Assembly (NCBI GenBank): GCA_037134195.1
Contig: JBAXMR010000008.1
Coordinates: 1,141 to 65,140 of the forward strand
Direction: 5' to 3'
DNA: 64,000 nt
Origin: Paludibacter sp.
GTDB lineage: Bacteria; Bacteroidota; Bacteroidia; Bacteroidales; Paludibacteraceae
The notes beneath the pieces are model-generated. The model searched no databases. It was not told the DNA's origin and saw nothing but the letters and a program-made list of their open reading frames with translations. The position numbers and the translations under genes were made by a program. Positions 46,560 to 55,636 of the stretch are shown one piece after another; positions within the stretch are counted from its first letter, which is position 1; each line of letters starts with the position of its first letter.

Positions 46560-48332
46560 ATGTACAAATTTAGGAATCTAATTATTCTAAGCACAATAAT
46601 AACTATTAATAGTGTTATTGCACAAAAACAGATTGATGTCGCTGATTTTGGTGTTAATCAACAAACAGTCGACTGTACGCCTGGAGTAATAAAAAGTTTA
46701 AAAGCCTGCAAGAATGCTGGTGATGCTGTTCTTATATTTAAAAAAGGTGTTTATCATTTCGATTCGGATTATGGCAAAGATAAATATTGTTTTATCAGCA
46801 ACAATGACGAAGGTTTAAAGCGTATTGTCTTTTTGTTAGAAGACATGAACAACCTCACTATTGATGGTCAAGGATCAATTTTTATTTTTCATGGTTTTTT
46901 AAATCCCTTTGTGATTAACAACTCGAGAAATGTCAAATTGAAAAATTTCTCAATCGATTATACTCGTCCATTTCACAGTGAGGCTATAATAACTGCCAAT
47001 AATGCAGATGGAATTGACATTGAAATACCTAAAACTTTTCCATATCGGATTAACAATGGCACGTTAGTTTTTACAGATGGGGGGAAAGAAGAAGGTCAGA
47101 AAACAACTGTCAGCAAAGAAATTATTTACGAATATGGACACCTACTTGAGTTTGATACAAAAAAACGTGAAACTGCCTTTATGGCAAAAGATTACTATTT
47201 GGGTGGCACACCATTAGTTGCATCAAGTTTGGGAGAGAGAAAAGTGCGGCTTTTCATGAAAACCCTAAAGGGAACAATTGGAAATACAATGGTTTTTGCT
47301 TTTGCCAACCGCAACTATCCGGGGTTTTCTGTTTCAGATTCTCGTGACATCCGCTTTGAAAATGTGACTATATATCATGCAGGGGGCATGGGAATAGTAT
47401 GCCAACGTACCCGAAATATCTCCGTTATATCATGTAACGTTAAACCCTCCAATGGTCGTATGATAAGCACTACGGCTGATGCCACTCACTTTACAAACTG
47501 TACAGGGAAAATTGAATTGGGGAATTGTGTTTTCCAAAATCAAATGGACGATGCAACTAATATTCACGGTATCTATGTTCAAATTGCCGAACGTTTAAGT
47601 CCTACTGAATTTATTGTGCAACTAAAACACAAACAACAATTGGGATTTGACTTTCTAAAAGCCGGTACATTAATTGAATTTGTGCAAGGCAAAAGTCTTA
47701 TTACAAAAGGACAGGCTAAAGTGATTGAATCCAAACGATTAAACAAAGATTTCAGGCGTGTAAAGTTATCATCAGAATTGCCCTGCGGCATTGAGATTGG
47801 CGATGCAATAGGTGAAGTGTGTGATTCGCAGTTTGTATATATACATGATAATTATATTGGTCAGAATCGTGCACGAGGAATGTTGCTAAACTGTTATGGA
47901 AAAACAATTGTTGAAAACAATCGATTTCATTCACCGGGAGCTGCTATTCTTTTTGAGGGCGATGCAAGTTTCTGGTTTGAGCAAGGTGGTGTTACAGATT
48001 GTACCATTCAAAATAATATTTTTGATAATTGTCTTTTCGGGGTTTGGGGAAAAGCCATCATTGATGTTGGTGCCGGAATTAAAGAGAATAGAGATTCAAG
48101 TCGGTATAATAAGAATATCAAAGTATTAAACAACACATTCCGAACTTTCGATGAAGGTTTATTGCTTCAGGCATATTGTGTAGATGGTTTGCTGTGGAAA
48201 GGCAATAAAATTGAGAAAACAACTGATTATCCAGCCACTCGGGTTTCAAGTTCTCTTTTCAAGGTTGAAAGCAGCGACAATATTAATATAGACCAAGATA
48301 CTTCGAATAATAAATACGTTTATGTTAAATAA
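46560..48332 (+). CDS. GH110-like alpha-galactosidase-type beta-helix glycosidase
   Basis: 590 aa with a signal peptide. Sequence reads ..IDVADFGV..KKGVYHF..NLTIDGQGSIFIFHGFLNPFVI..NFSIDYTRPFHSEA... The Asp cluster is TADATHF-x17-MDDATNIHG. PbH1-like repeats follow (QNRARGMLLN..). Confidence 0.7.
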   Translation: MYKFRNLIILSTIITINSVIAQKQIDVADFGVNQQTVDCTPGVIKSLKACKNAGDAVLIFKKGVYHFDSDYGKDKYCFISNNDEGLKRIVFLLEDMNNLTIDGQGSIFIFHGFLNPFVINNSRNVKLKNFSIDYTRPFHSEAIITANNADGIDIEIPKTFPYRINNGTLVFTDGGKEEGQKTTVSKEIIYEYGHLLEFDTKKRETAFMAKDYYLGGTPLVASSLGERKVRLFMKTLKGTIGNTMVFAFANRNYPGFSVSDSRDIRFENVTIYHAGGMGIVCQRTRNISVISCNVKPSNGRMISTTADATHFTNCTGKIELGNCVFQNQMDDATNIHGIYVQIAERLSPTEFIVQLKHKQQLGFDFLKAGTLIEFVQGKSLITKGQAKVIESKRLNKDFRRVKLSSELPCGIEIGDAIGEVCDSQFVYIHDNYIGQNRARGMLLNCYGKTIVENNRFHSPGAAILFEGDASFWFEQGGVTDCTIQNNIFDNCLFGVWGKAIIDVGAGIKENRDSSRYNKNIKVLNNTFRTFDEGLLLQAYCVDGLLWKGNKIEKTTDYPATRVSSSLFKVESSDNINIDQDTSNNKYVYVK

Positions 48333-50961
48333 TTCAAAATCAATTCTTTTTGCTTTTTTTCTAATTTCATTCAGTTTACTCTCACATGCTCAATCAACTA
48401 TAATTAAAGAGCAAATCAACTCAAATTGGAAATTTAGCAATTCCAATGAATCAAACTTCGCATTACCCGAATGTGATGAGTCAACATGGATTTCAGTAAA
48501 TATTCCTCACACATGGAACACGACTGATATTACTGATGAAACAAGAGGCTATCGCCGTGGGATTAGTTGGTATCGTAAGCATTTTATGTTGTCAAAAATT
48601 GAATCGGAACAGAAAATTCTTTTGCAATTTGACGCCGTTTCTATCAAAGCTGATGTTTTTGTAAATGGCAAATTAGCAAAAACACATATTGGAGCATATA
48701 CCGCTTTCACTGTCGACATTACAAATTTGATTCAGGTTGGTGATAATGTTATTGCTGTGAAAGCTGATAATAGTGCATCTTTAGCTGACGAAGTTCCTCC
48801 TGTGGCAGGCGATTTTAGTATGACTGGTGGTATTGGCCGCAGTGTTTATTTAGTGAAGATGAATAAAGTTGGCTTTGATGTGGAAACCTATTCTTCTCCC
48901 GGAGTATTTGTTGAAACACCTTCGGTATCTAAAAAGTCGGCAATTGTACGGGTACATGGAAACATTAAAAATGAGACCGCATCAACTCAAAAGCTACTCG
49001 TTTTGCATGAAATTATGGATAATACTGGTTTAGTTGTCAAAAGAATTCAAAAGAATCTGCAATTGAAACCAAACAGTGTTTCGAGCTTTGATGAAATTTT
49101 TCCTGAAGTCAAAAATCCGAAATTATGGTCGCCGGAAACACCCACCTTATATCAAATCCATTCAACTATTAAAGATGCCAAAACAGGCATAGTTTGGCAT
49201 GAAACCAACAATCCACTGGCTTTCCGTTGGTTTAAGGTTGATAATACCGGATTTTACCTAAATGGCAATAAGGTGAAATTGAGAGGTGCAGCGCGTCATC
49301 AGGATTTTGAAGGAACAGGAATGGCTGTTCCAATCGAAATAAATCGAAAAGACATGGTTCAACTGAAAGCGATGGGTGCAAATTTTGTAAGAGTTAGCCA
49401 TTATCCTCAAGATGAAGCAATATATCGAACTTGTGATGAAATTGGGCTGATTGTCTGGAGCGAAATCCCGATTGTAAATGAAGTCAAAAAGAATGAAACA
49501 TTCTATTACAATGCAAAGGAAATGCTCAAGGAAATGATTTACCAGAATTATAATCATCCAAGTATTGTGATGTGGGGCTATATGAACGAACTTTGGGATT
49601 ATCACGATAAAGCAATCGAACTGGCTGACAGTTTAGAAAATATTGCTCGCAAAATAGACAAAAACAGATTGACAACAGTAGCTTTTCATGCTGTTATGAA
49701 AGATAAGCCATACACTCAGACAAATCGTGAAATGTTTGATATTTCAATGATAAATGGGGTGAATGTGTACGAAGGTTGGTATGTTGGAGATTTTAAATCA
49801 ATGGTCGATATCTTTGATAAATTCAGAGCTCTATCACCTAATCGACCAACTTTTTTGTCAGAATTTGGTGCAGGCTCAGATAATAGGATACACACCTATA
49901 AACCACAAATATTTGATTTTAGCCCCGAATATCAAATCGAATTCAATAAGCATTATATAAATGAAATAGAACGCCGAGATTATTATGTTGGTTATTCAAT
50001 CTGGAATTTTATAGATTTCCATGTGGATGGACGGATAGATGTGCAACCCAATTTAAATAATAAAGGCATTGTTACTTCTGACCGTCAGCCTAAAGACATT
50101 TTTTACTATTTTCAAGCGCGTTGGAGCAAGAAACCAATGGTTCATATTGCTTCAAATTGCTGGACTGAACGTACTGAAGTTTGCGATAGTGCGGTATTAA
50201 TTCGACCAATTTCAGTGTTCAGTAACCAGTCCGAAGTAGAACTTTTTCATAATGGAAAATCTTTAGGCAAAAAAGCAGTTGTTGATGGAGAAGTGAGATT
50301 TGAAATCCCGTTTGTAAATGGAAATAACCAATTGGTTGCTGTTGCAGGAAAAGAAATGAATAATGTGGATGTAAATATGAACTTTATTGCTTCTGATTTA
50401 TCCAAAAATCAATTCATCGAGAATGGATTATGTATTAATCTTGGGCAAGATCATAGTTATTTTTTCGATAAAACATTAAATCAGATGTGGATTCCGGATC
50501 AACCTTATAAGCCCAATAGTTGGGGGTATGTGGATGGAGTCAAGTTTGACTCGTGGCCTGAAAACAAAGCCCATAATGGCGTTCGAAACGGTGTGGCTGC
50601 AAATATCAAAAACACTGATTTAGAACCTGTTTTTCAAACATTCCAGTTGGGAATTTCGGAATACAAACTGGATGTTCCCTATGGAAAATATAAAATTGAC
50701 CTTTATTTCGCTGAACCATTTAGCAAAAACGAAATGAAAAATTCAGAAAGAAGTGGTGTTTCAGAAAATGGTGAACGAATATTTGATGTATTGATTAACA
50801 ATCAATTGCTTGTAGAAAAATTAAATTTAGCCAAAGAATATGGATACCAAACAGCTGTAGTAAAATCTTTTGAAATTTCAACACCAGGTGGCATTTCCAT
50901 TAAATTAAATTCAATAGCTGGAAAAACTGTAATAAGCGGAATAAGGATACAAAAGTTATAG
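48322..50961 (+). CDS. GH2 glycosidase with C-terminal malectin-like carbohydrate-binding domain
   Basis: 879 aa. GH2 motifs are NFVRVSHYPQDE, WGYMNE and LSEFGAGS. The C-terminus (..YKLDVPYGKYKIDLYFAEPF..ERIFDVLINNQL..) resembles malectin. It overlaps the upstream gene by 11 nt. Confidence 0.8.
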   Translation: MLNNSKSILFAFFLISFSLLSHAQSTIIKEQINSNWKFSNSNESNFALPECDESTWISVNIPHTWNTTDITDETRGYRRGISWYRKHFMLSKIESEQKILLQFDAVSIKADVFVNGKLAKTHIGAYTAFTVDITNLIQVGDNVIAVKADNSASLADEVPPVAGDFSMTGGIGRSVYLVKMNKVGFDVETYSSPGVFVETPSVSKKSAIVRVHGNIKNETASTQKLLVLHEIMDNTGLVVKRIQKNLQLKPNSVSSFDEIFPEVKNPKLWSPETPTLYQIHSTIKDAKTGIVWHETNNPLAFRWFKVDNTGFYLNGNKVKLRGAARHQDFEGTGMAVPIEINRKDMVQLKAMGANFVRVSHYPQDEAIYRTCDEIGLIVWSEIPIVNEVKKNETFYYNAKEMLKEMIYQNYNHPSIVMWGYMNELWDYHDKAIELADSLENIARKIDKNRLTTVAFHAVMKDKPYTQTNREMFDISMINGVNVYEGWYVGDFKSMVDIFDKFRALSPNRPTFLSEFGAGSDNRIHTYKPQIFDFSPEYQIEFNKHYINEIERRDYYVGYSIWNFIDFHVDGRIDVQPNLNNKGIVTSDRQPKDIFYYFQARWSKKPMVHIASNCWTERTEVCDSAVLIRPISVFSNQSEVELFHNGKSLGKKAVVDGEVRFEIPFVNGNNQLVAVAGKEMNNVDVNMNFIASDLSKNQFIENGLCINLGQDHSYFFDKTLNQMWIPDQPYKPNSWGYVDGVKFDSWPENKAHNGVRNGVAANIKNTDLEPVFQTFQLGISEYKLDVPYGKYKIDLYFAEPFSKNEMKNSERSGVSENGERIFDVLINNQLLVEKLNLAKEYGYQTAVVKSFEISTPGGISIKLNSIAGKTVISGIRIQKL

Positions 50962-51171
50962 TTAAGTTAAGATTTGATTTTTATGTTTCTTCTAAATGCA
51001 ATTCATTATCAAAATGGATAAGGCTTTAAGTTCTTGAATCATACATATAATCGGCAATGTCCAAGCCATTAAAGCTGTCTGTATCTTTTGCTTCATATTC
51101 AAGTAAGTTTGATACAGTGATTTTACAACTTGTGCCAATATAAAATTCGGTTGGGATTCCAAGAAGAAAAT

Positions 51172-53160
51172 CTACAATTCATTAAAGGGTTTTCGGTAGC
51201 TACAGCCATTTTTCCATTCGCTGCAACCATAAGCCGCATTTCCTTTTATAAGAATACCTTTCCCGCAAAGCGGACAAATCACCTCACCCCCAACCCCTCT
51301 CCCAGAGGAGAGGGGAGTTGATGGTATAGATTTAGAATCACTTTCGGGATTTACTTTCTCCCTCTCCATTTGGAGAGGACCGGGGTGAGGTCTGTTATCA
51401 CTTTTCACGTTAAATACAATTTCAGTAACCATGGCTTTTAGTTCATCCAAAAAATCTTTTGCCTGATATTCACCACGTTCCACTTGTCGGAGTTTTTTCT
51501 CCCAACGACCTGTCAGTTCAGCCGATTTCAGCAAATCTTCCTGAATAATCTGAATAAGTTCCACACCGGTATTAGTTGCAATCAGATTTTTCTTTTCGCG
51601 TCTCACGTAATCCCGTTTGAAAAGCGTTTCGATAATGGCCGCACGCGTGGAAGGTCGACCAATACCGTTTTCTTTTAATGCATCGCGCAGTTCGTCATCA
51701 TCAACCAGTTTTCCGGCTGTTTCCATGGCTCGAAGCAAGGTGGCTTCGGTGTATGGCTTGGGCGGTGAAGTCCATTTTTCAGCCAAAGTTGGTTCATGTA
51801 GACCGTTTTCTCCTTTTACAAAAAGCGGCATCGTCCATTCTTCCTCTTCTTCGCCCTCTTTTTCTTCTTCCTGCACTTTTGCAAAAACCACACGCCAGCC
51901 TTGTTCCAGAATTTGCTTTCCGGTGACTTTAAATTCAACTTTTTCTACCTCTCCAAGTACGGTGGTAGTCGATATTTTACATTCGGGGTAAAAATTGGCA
52001 ATAAATCGTCGGGCTACCAAATCAAAAACCTTTTTCTCCGGGTCGGATAATGCTGTTGGATGCACACCTGTTGGGATTATCGCATGGTGATCAGTTACTT
52101 TTGTATTATCAAAAACCTTTTTCGTCTTCGGAATTTTGCTTTCCAGCAAGGGTTTTGTAAGTAGTTCATAATCCTTAATTCCTTTCAAAATGTCGGGTAT
52201 TTTGGGATAAATATCGTCGCTCAGGTAGGTAGTATCCACACGCGGATAAGTGGTTACCTTTTTTTCGTACAGATTTTGTATGATTTTTAAGGTTTCGTCG
52301 GCCGAATATCCAAATTTCTTATTACATTCCACCTGCAACGAAGTTAAATCGAACAATCGTGGAGCAGATTCAGTACCTTTTTTTGTAGAAATATCGGTGA
52401 CAAAGAAATCGGCATTTTTTACCGTTTCCAGAAATTCAGAACCTTCATCAACACTGGAAAAACGACCTTTCGAAGCCGAAAAAACCGTATCACGGTAAAC
52501 CGTTTTCAACTCCCAATACGCCTCAGGGTTAAAATTTTCAATTTCTAATTGACGGTTTACAATCAAAGCCAGGGTGGGAGTCTGAACGCGACCAATGGAA
52601 AGTACCTGACGGTTTTTGCCATATTTCAATGTGTAAAGCCGGGTTGCATTCATACCAAGTAACCAATCACCGATGGCACGTGAAAGACCCGCCTCGTAAA
52701 GCGACTGGAATTCTTTTTGGTCTTTCAGCTTGGTAAAACCTTCTTTTATAGCTTCTTCGGTTAGCGACGAAATCCACAACCGTTTCACAGGACATTTACA
52801 CAACGCTTTTTGCATTACCCAGCGTTGTATCAACTCTCCTTCCTGCCCTGCATCACCGCAGTTAACTACTTCATCGGCACTTGCCATCAACGTTTCAATC
52901 ACCTTAAACTGCTTTTGAATACCGCTATCGTTCATCACTTTAATTCCAAACCGTTGCGGAATCATTGGCAGCTGACTCAATGCCCACGCTTTCCATTCTG
53001 GAGCATACTCGTGAGGCTCTAACAATCCGCACAAATGTCCGAAAGTCCAGGTAACCTGATATCCGTTTCCTTCCATATAGCCATCTTTACGGGTTTTAGC
53101 ACCCAGAATTTCGGCAATATCACGTGCCACACTGGGCTTTTCGGCAATGCAAACTATCAT
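51172..53160 (-). CDS. topB: DNA topoisomerase III
   Basis: MIVCIAEKPSVARDIA..TWTFGHL.. is the Toprim/TopoIA core. The C-terminal zinc ribbon reads CPLCGKGILIKG..YGCSEWKNGC. I place the start at MIVCIAEKPS (53160) rather than the track's 12-codon extension. Confidence 0.9.
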   Translation of the reverse strand: MIVCIAEKPSVARDIAEILGAKTRKDGYMEGNGYQVTWTFGHLCGLLEPHEYAPEWKAWALSQLPMIPQRFGIKVMNDSGIQKQFKVIETLMASADEVVNCGDAGQEGELIQRWVMQKALCKCPVKRLWISSLTEEAIKEGFTKLKDQKEFQSLYEAGLSRAIGDWLLGMNATRLYTLKYGKNRQVLSIGRVQTPTLALIVNRQLEIENFNPEAYWELKTVYRDTVFSASKGRFSSVDEGSEFLETVKNADFFVTDISTKKGTESAPRLFDLTSLQVECNKKFGYSADETLKIIQNLYEKKVTTYPRVDTTYLSDDIYPKIPDILKGIKDYELLTKPLLESKIPKTKKVFDNTKVTDHHAIIPTGVHPTALSDPEKKVFDLVARRFIANFYPECKISTTTVLGEVEKVEFKVTGKQILEQGWRVVFAKVQEEEKEGEEEEEWTMPLFVKGENGLHEPTLAEKWTSPPKPYTEATLLRAMETAGKLVDDDELRDALKENGIGRPSTRAAIIETLFKRDYVRREKKNLIATNTGVELIQIIQEDLLKSAELTGRWEKKLRQVERGEYQAKDFLDELKAMVTEIVFNVKSDNRPHPGPLQMEREKVNPESDSKSIPSTPLSSGRGVGGEVICPLCGKGILIKGNAAYGCSEWKNGCSYRKPFNEL
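51282..51390. repeat. GC-rich compound palindromic element embedded in frame in topB
   Basis: An outer stem CCTCACCCC (51282-51290) pairs with GGGGTGAGG (51382-51390). It encloses the hairpins CCCCTCTCC-caga-GGAGAGGGG (51294-51315) and CCTCTCCA-tt-TGGAGAGG (51361-51378). Confidence 0.7.
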
Positions 53161-53451
53161 ATTTTTTAGCTGTAAGTGGCAAGCAATAAGCGGCAAGCAA
53201 TTGTTTAATTTGTTGATTTATTTAAAGAGGGACACAAAAATACGGAAAAAACTTTGATTTTTCAGTGGAAATAAACCGAAGTGTATTTAAAAAGCTAATC
53301 TATTATAGAGCAAATCTATTCAGTTATAATAAATATGACTCTAATTTTATTACTGAAAAATTTCCATAATTTTCGTATCTTTGCACACGATAAAAAAAGA
53401 TTGAAATTTTAAGGGTTTTAGGGTATAAACGTTTATTAATTATATTGTTAC

Positions 53452-54669
53452 ATGTTTAAAAATCAAGAAATTACAGAAGGTATTTATTATGTTGGAATAA
53501 ACGATCGTCAGAAACATAAGTTTGAAAATATGATTCCCATACCTGATGGGGTTTCATATAATGCATTTTTAATAGTTGATGAAAAAACTGCACTTGTTGA
53601 CACTGTAGAAGTTCAATTTGGAGATGTCTTTATAAACAAAATACAATCGCAGTTAGCAGATAAAACACTTGATTTTGTAATAATCAACCACATGGAACCC
53701 GATCATTCCGGGTCAATCCGCCTACTTCGTCAGTACTACCCCGATGTAGTTATTGTAGGTAATAGCAAAACACTGAGTATGGTGGAGGGTTTTTATGGTG
53801 TAACTGATAAAACCTTAGAAATTAAGGATGCAGAAGTTCTCTCACTTGGTAAACATCAGCTTCAGTTTTACTTGACACCAATGGTTCATTGGCCGGAAAC
53901 CATGATGACTTACGAAACAACTCAAAAAGTTCTGTTTTCGGGTGATGCATTTGGTGCTTTTGGCACTTTGAACGGCAATGTGATTGATGAAAATATTGAT
54001 ATTGAGCCATTTTGGGATAGCACAGCGTTATATTATTCCAATATTGTAGGAAAGTATGGTAATCCGGTTCAAAAAGCATTATTGAAACTTTCGCCTTTGG
54101 ATATCAAATATATTTGTAGTACTCATGGTCCTGTCTGGAAAAAGTATATTCCGCAGATTATTGATAAATATGACCAATACAGCCTTTATCATGGCGAAGA
54201 TGGTGTGGTAATAGTTTACGGTTCGATGTATGGTAATACGGAGTTGATGGCCGAAATTGTTGCTCAGGGTCTTTCAGAAGCAGGTGTAAATAAAATAATA
54301 ATTCATAATGCTTCTAAATCGGATTCAACCATAATTATTCGTGATATTTTTAAATATAAAGGTTTAATTGTAGGAAGCCCGACTTATTGCAATGAATTAT
54401 ATCCTGATATTGACTCACTACTGCGTAAAATAGAAATTCGAGGTATAAAAAACCGTGTATTTGGAAGTTTCGGGTCATATACTTGGGCAGGTGTAGCCAT
54501 TAAACGATTGACTACTTTTGTTGAAACAATGAAATGGACTGCAGCAGAACTTAATGTTGAAGAAAAACAAGGATTGAAAAAGGATAAATACGAAGAATGT
54601 CTCGAACTTGGTCATCAGGTTGCAGAATTAATGAAAAATCATGTTGACGATCTTCCACATTGTGTATAA
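53452..54669 (+). CDS. FprA-type flavodiiron protein (metallo-beta-lactamase fold plus flavodoxin domain)
   Basis: 405 aa. HMEPDHSG is the di-iron motif. A flavodoxin-like segment follows (VVIVYGSMYGNTE..). Confidence 0.85.
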   Translation: MFKNQEITEGIYYVGINDRQKHKFENMIPIPDGVSYNAFLIVDEKTALVDTVEVQFGDVFINKIQSQLADKTLDFVIINHMEPDHSGSIRLLRQYYPDVVIVGNSKTLSMVEGFYGVTDKTLEIKDAEVLSLGKHQLQFYLTPMVHWPETMMTYETTQKVLFSGDAFGAFGTLNGNVIDENIDIEPFWDSTALYYSNIVGKYGNPVQKALLKLSPLDIKYICSTHGPVWKKYIPQIIDKYDQYSLYHGEDGVVIVYGSMYGNTELMAEIVAQGLSEAGVNKIIIHNASKSDSTIIIRDIFKYKGLIVGSPTYCNELYPDIDSLLRKIEIRGIKNRVFGSFGSYTWAGVAIKRLTTFVETMKWTAAELNVEEKQGLKKDKYEECLELGHQVAELMKNHVDDLPHCV

Positions 54670-54739
54670 ATCAGCTGTAAACGATAAACAGTAAACGGTA
54701 AGAGGTAAATGGTATAAACTCAACAATAAAAATAACCTT

Positions 54740-55104
54740 ATGAATCAGTATTCGGATTATAACGAGAAATTAAGAGATAGGACCAAAAAGTTTGCAGTTT
54801 CAATCATCCTGTTTTATGCTAAATACTGTAAGCAAACTGAAGAATTACGGATTATTGGCAAACAGTTACTTCGTTCAGGAACTTCAGTTGCAGCAAATTT
54901 CAGAGCTTTTACACGAGGTAGATCTGAATCTGAAAAATTTTCAAAACTTTGCATAGTGGTTGAAGAAACAGATGAAACACAATTTTGTTTGAATTAATTG
55001 AAGAAGCTAATCTGTTAGAAATATCAATATTTAAAGATATAAAAATTGAAGCCGATGAGCTTATAAAGATTTTTACTGCCACTAAGTACAAAATGAAGAA
55101 ATAA
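54740..55104 (+). pseudogene. Four-helix-bundle protein (23S rRNA intervening-sequence protein family), frameshifted
   Basis: Track ORF 54740..54997 ends ..EETDETQFCLN*. The reading continues in another frame as ILFELIEEANLLE..IKIFTATKYKMKK* to 55104. This is consistent with a 2-nt insertion in the ACAC at about 54974-54977. Confidence 0.65.
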
Positions 55105-55151
55105 TGGTATTCTATTACCGCTTATTGTTTACTGATTACCGCTATTAATTT

Positions 55152-55550
55152 ATGGAAAAACTAACTCTAATTACACCAACATTCTTATTTTCAGCTGTTT
55201 CACTGATTCTACTGGCTTATACTAATCGGTTTTTATCGTATGCACAGTTGGTACGTACGCTGAAAGACCGCTACATGGAAGACCATTCAGCTTTGACCCA
55301 TGCTCAGATTGTTAATCTCCGGAAAAGACTTCATTTAACCCGAAGTATGCAATTGTTTGGAGTTGCCAGCCTGTTACTTTGCGTTGCTACTATGTTTTTG
55401 ATTTACATAGGATTACAAATTATATCAGCTTATGTTTTCGGAATCGCTTTGATATTTCTGATAATTTCACTTTCTTTGTCGGTGTGGGAAATTCAGATAT
55501 CTGCCAAATCGATTGAAATTTATCTGAGTGATATGGAAAATAAAAAATAG
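55152..55550 (+). CDS. DUF2721-type small membrane protein
   Basis: 132 aa with three hydrophobic segments. The N-terminus reads ..TPTFLFSAVSLILLAYTNRF.. Confidence 0.6.
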   Translation: MEKLTLITPTFLFSAVSLILLAYTNRFLSYAQLVRTLKDRYMEDHSALTHAQIVNLRKRLHLTRSMQLFGVASLLLCVATMFLIYIGLQIISAYVFGIALIFLIISLSLSVWEIQISAKSIEIYLSDMENKK

Positions 55551-55636
55551 TTGGAAAGTTTATAAAGTTCATAAAGTCAAAAGTTACAGATTATTAAACT
55601 TTTCACTTTAAAAACTTTCCACTTTAAAAACTTATT

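Noticed and set aside
51130-53022. Plus-strand ORFs inside topB (51130-51321, 51484-51678, 51617-51991, 51678-51926, 52250-52498, 52730-52918, 52810-53022).
   Set aside because: All are antisense to a confidently identified gene. 51130-51321 is open only because the palindromic element reads through on both strands.
53161-53196. The 12-codon N-terminal extension of topB (MPLIACHLQLKN).
   Set aside because: TopoIA proteins begin at the MxxxIAEKPS Toprim motif. The extension runs into the repeat-like GGCAAGCAAT x2 sequence.
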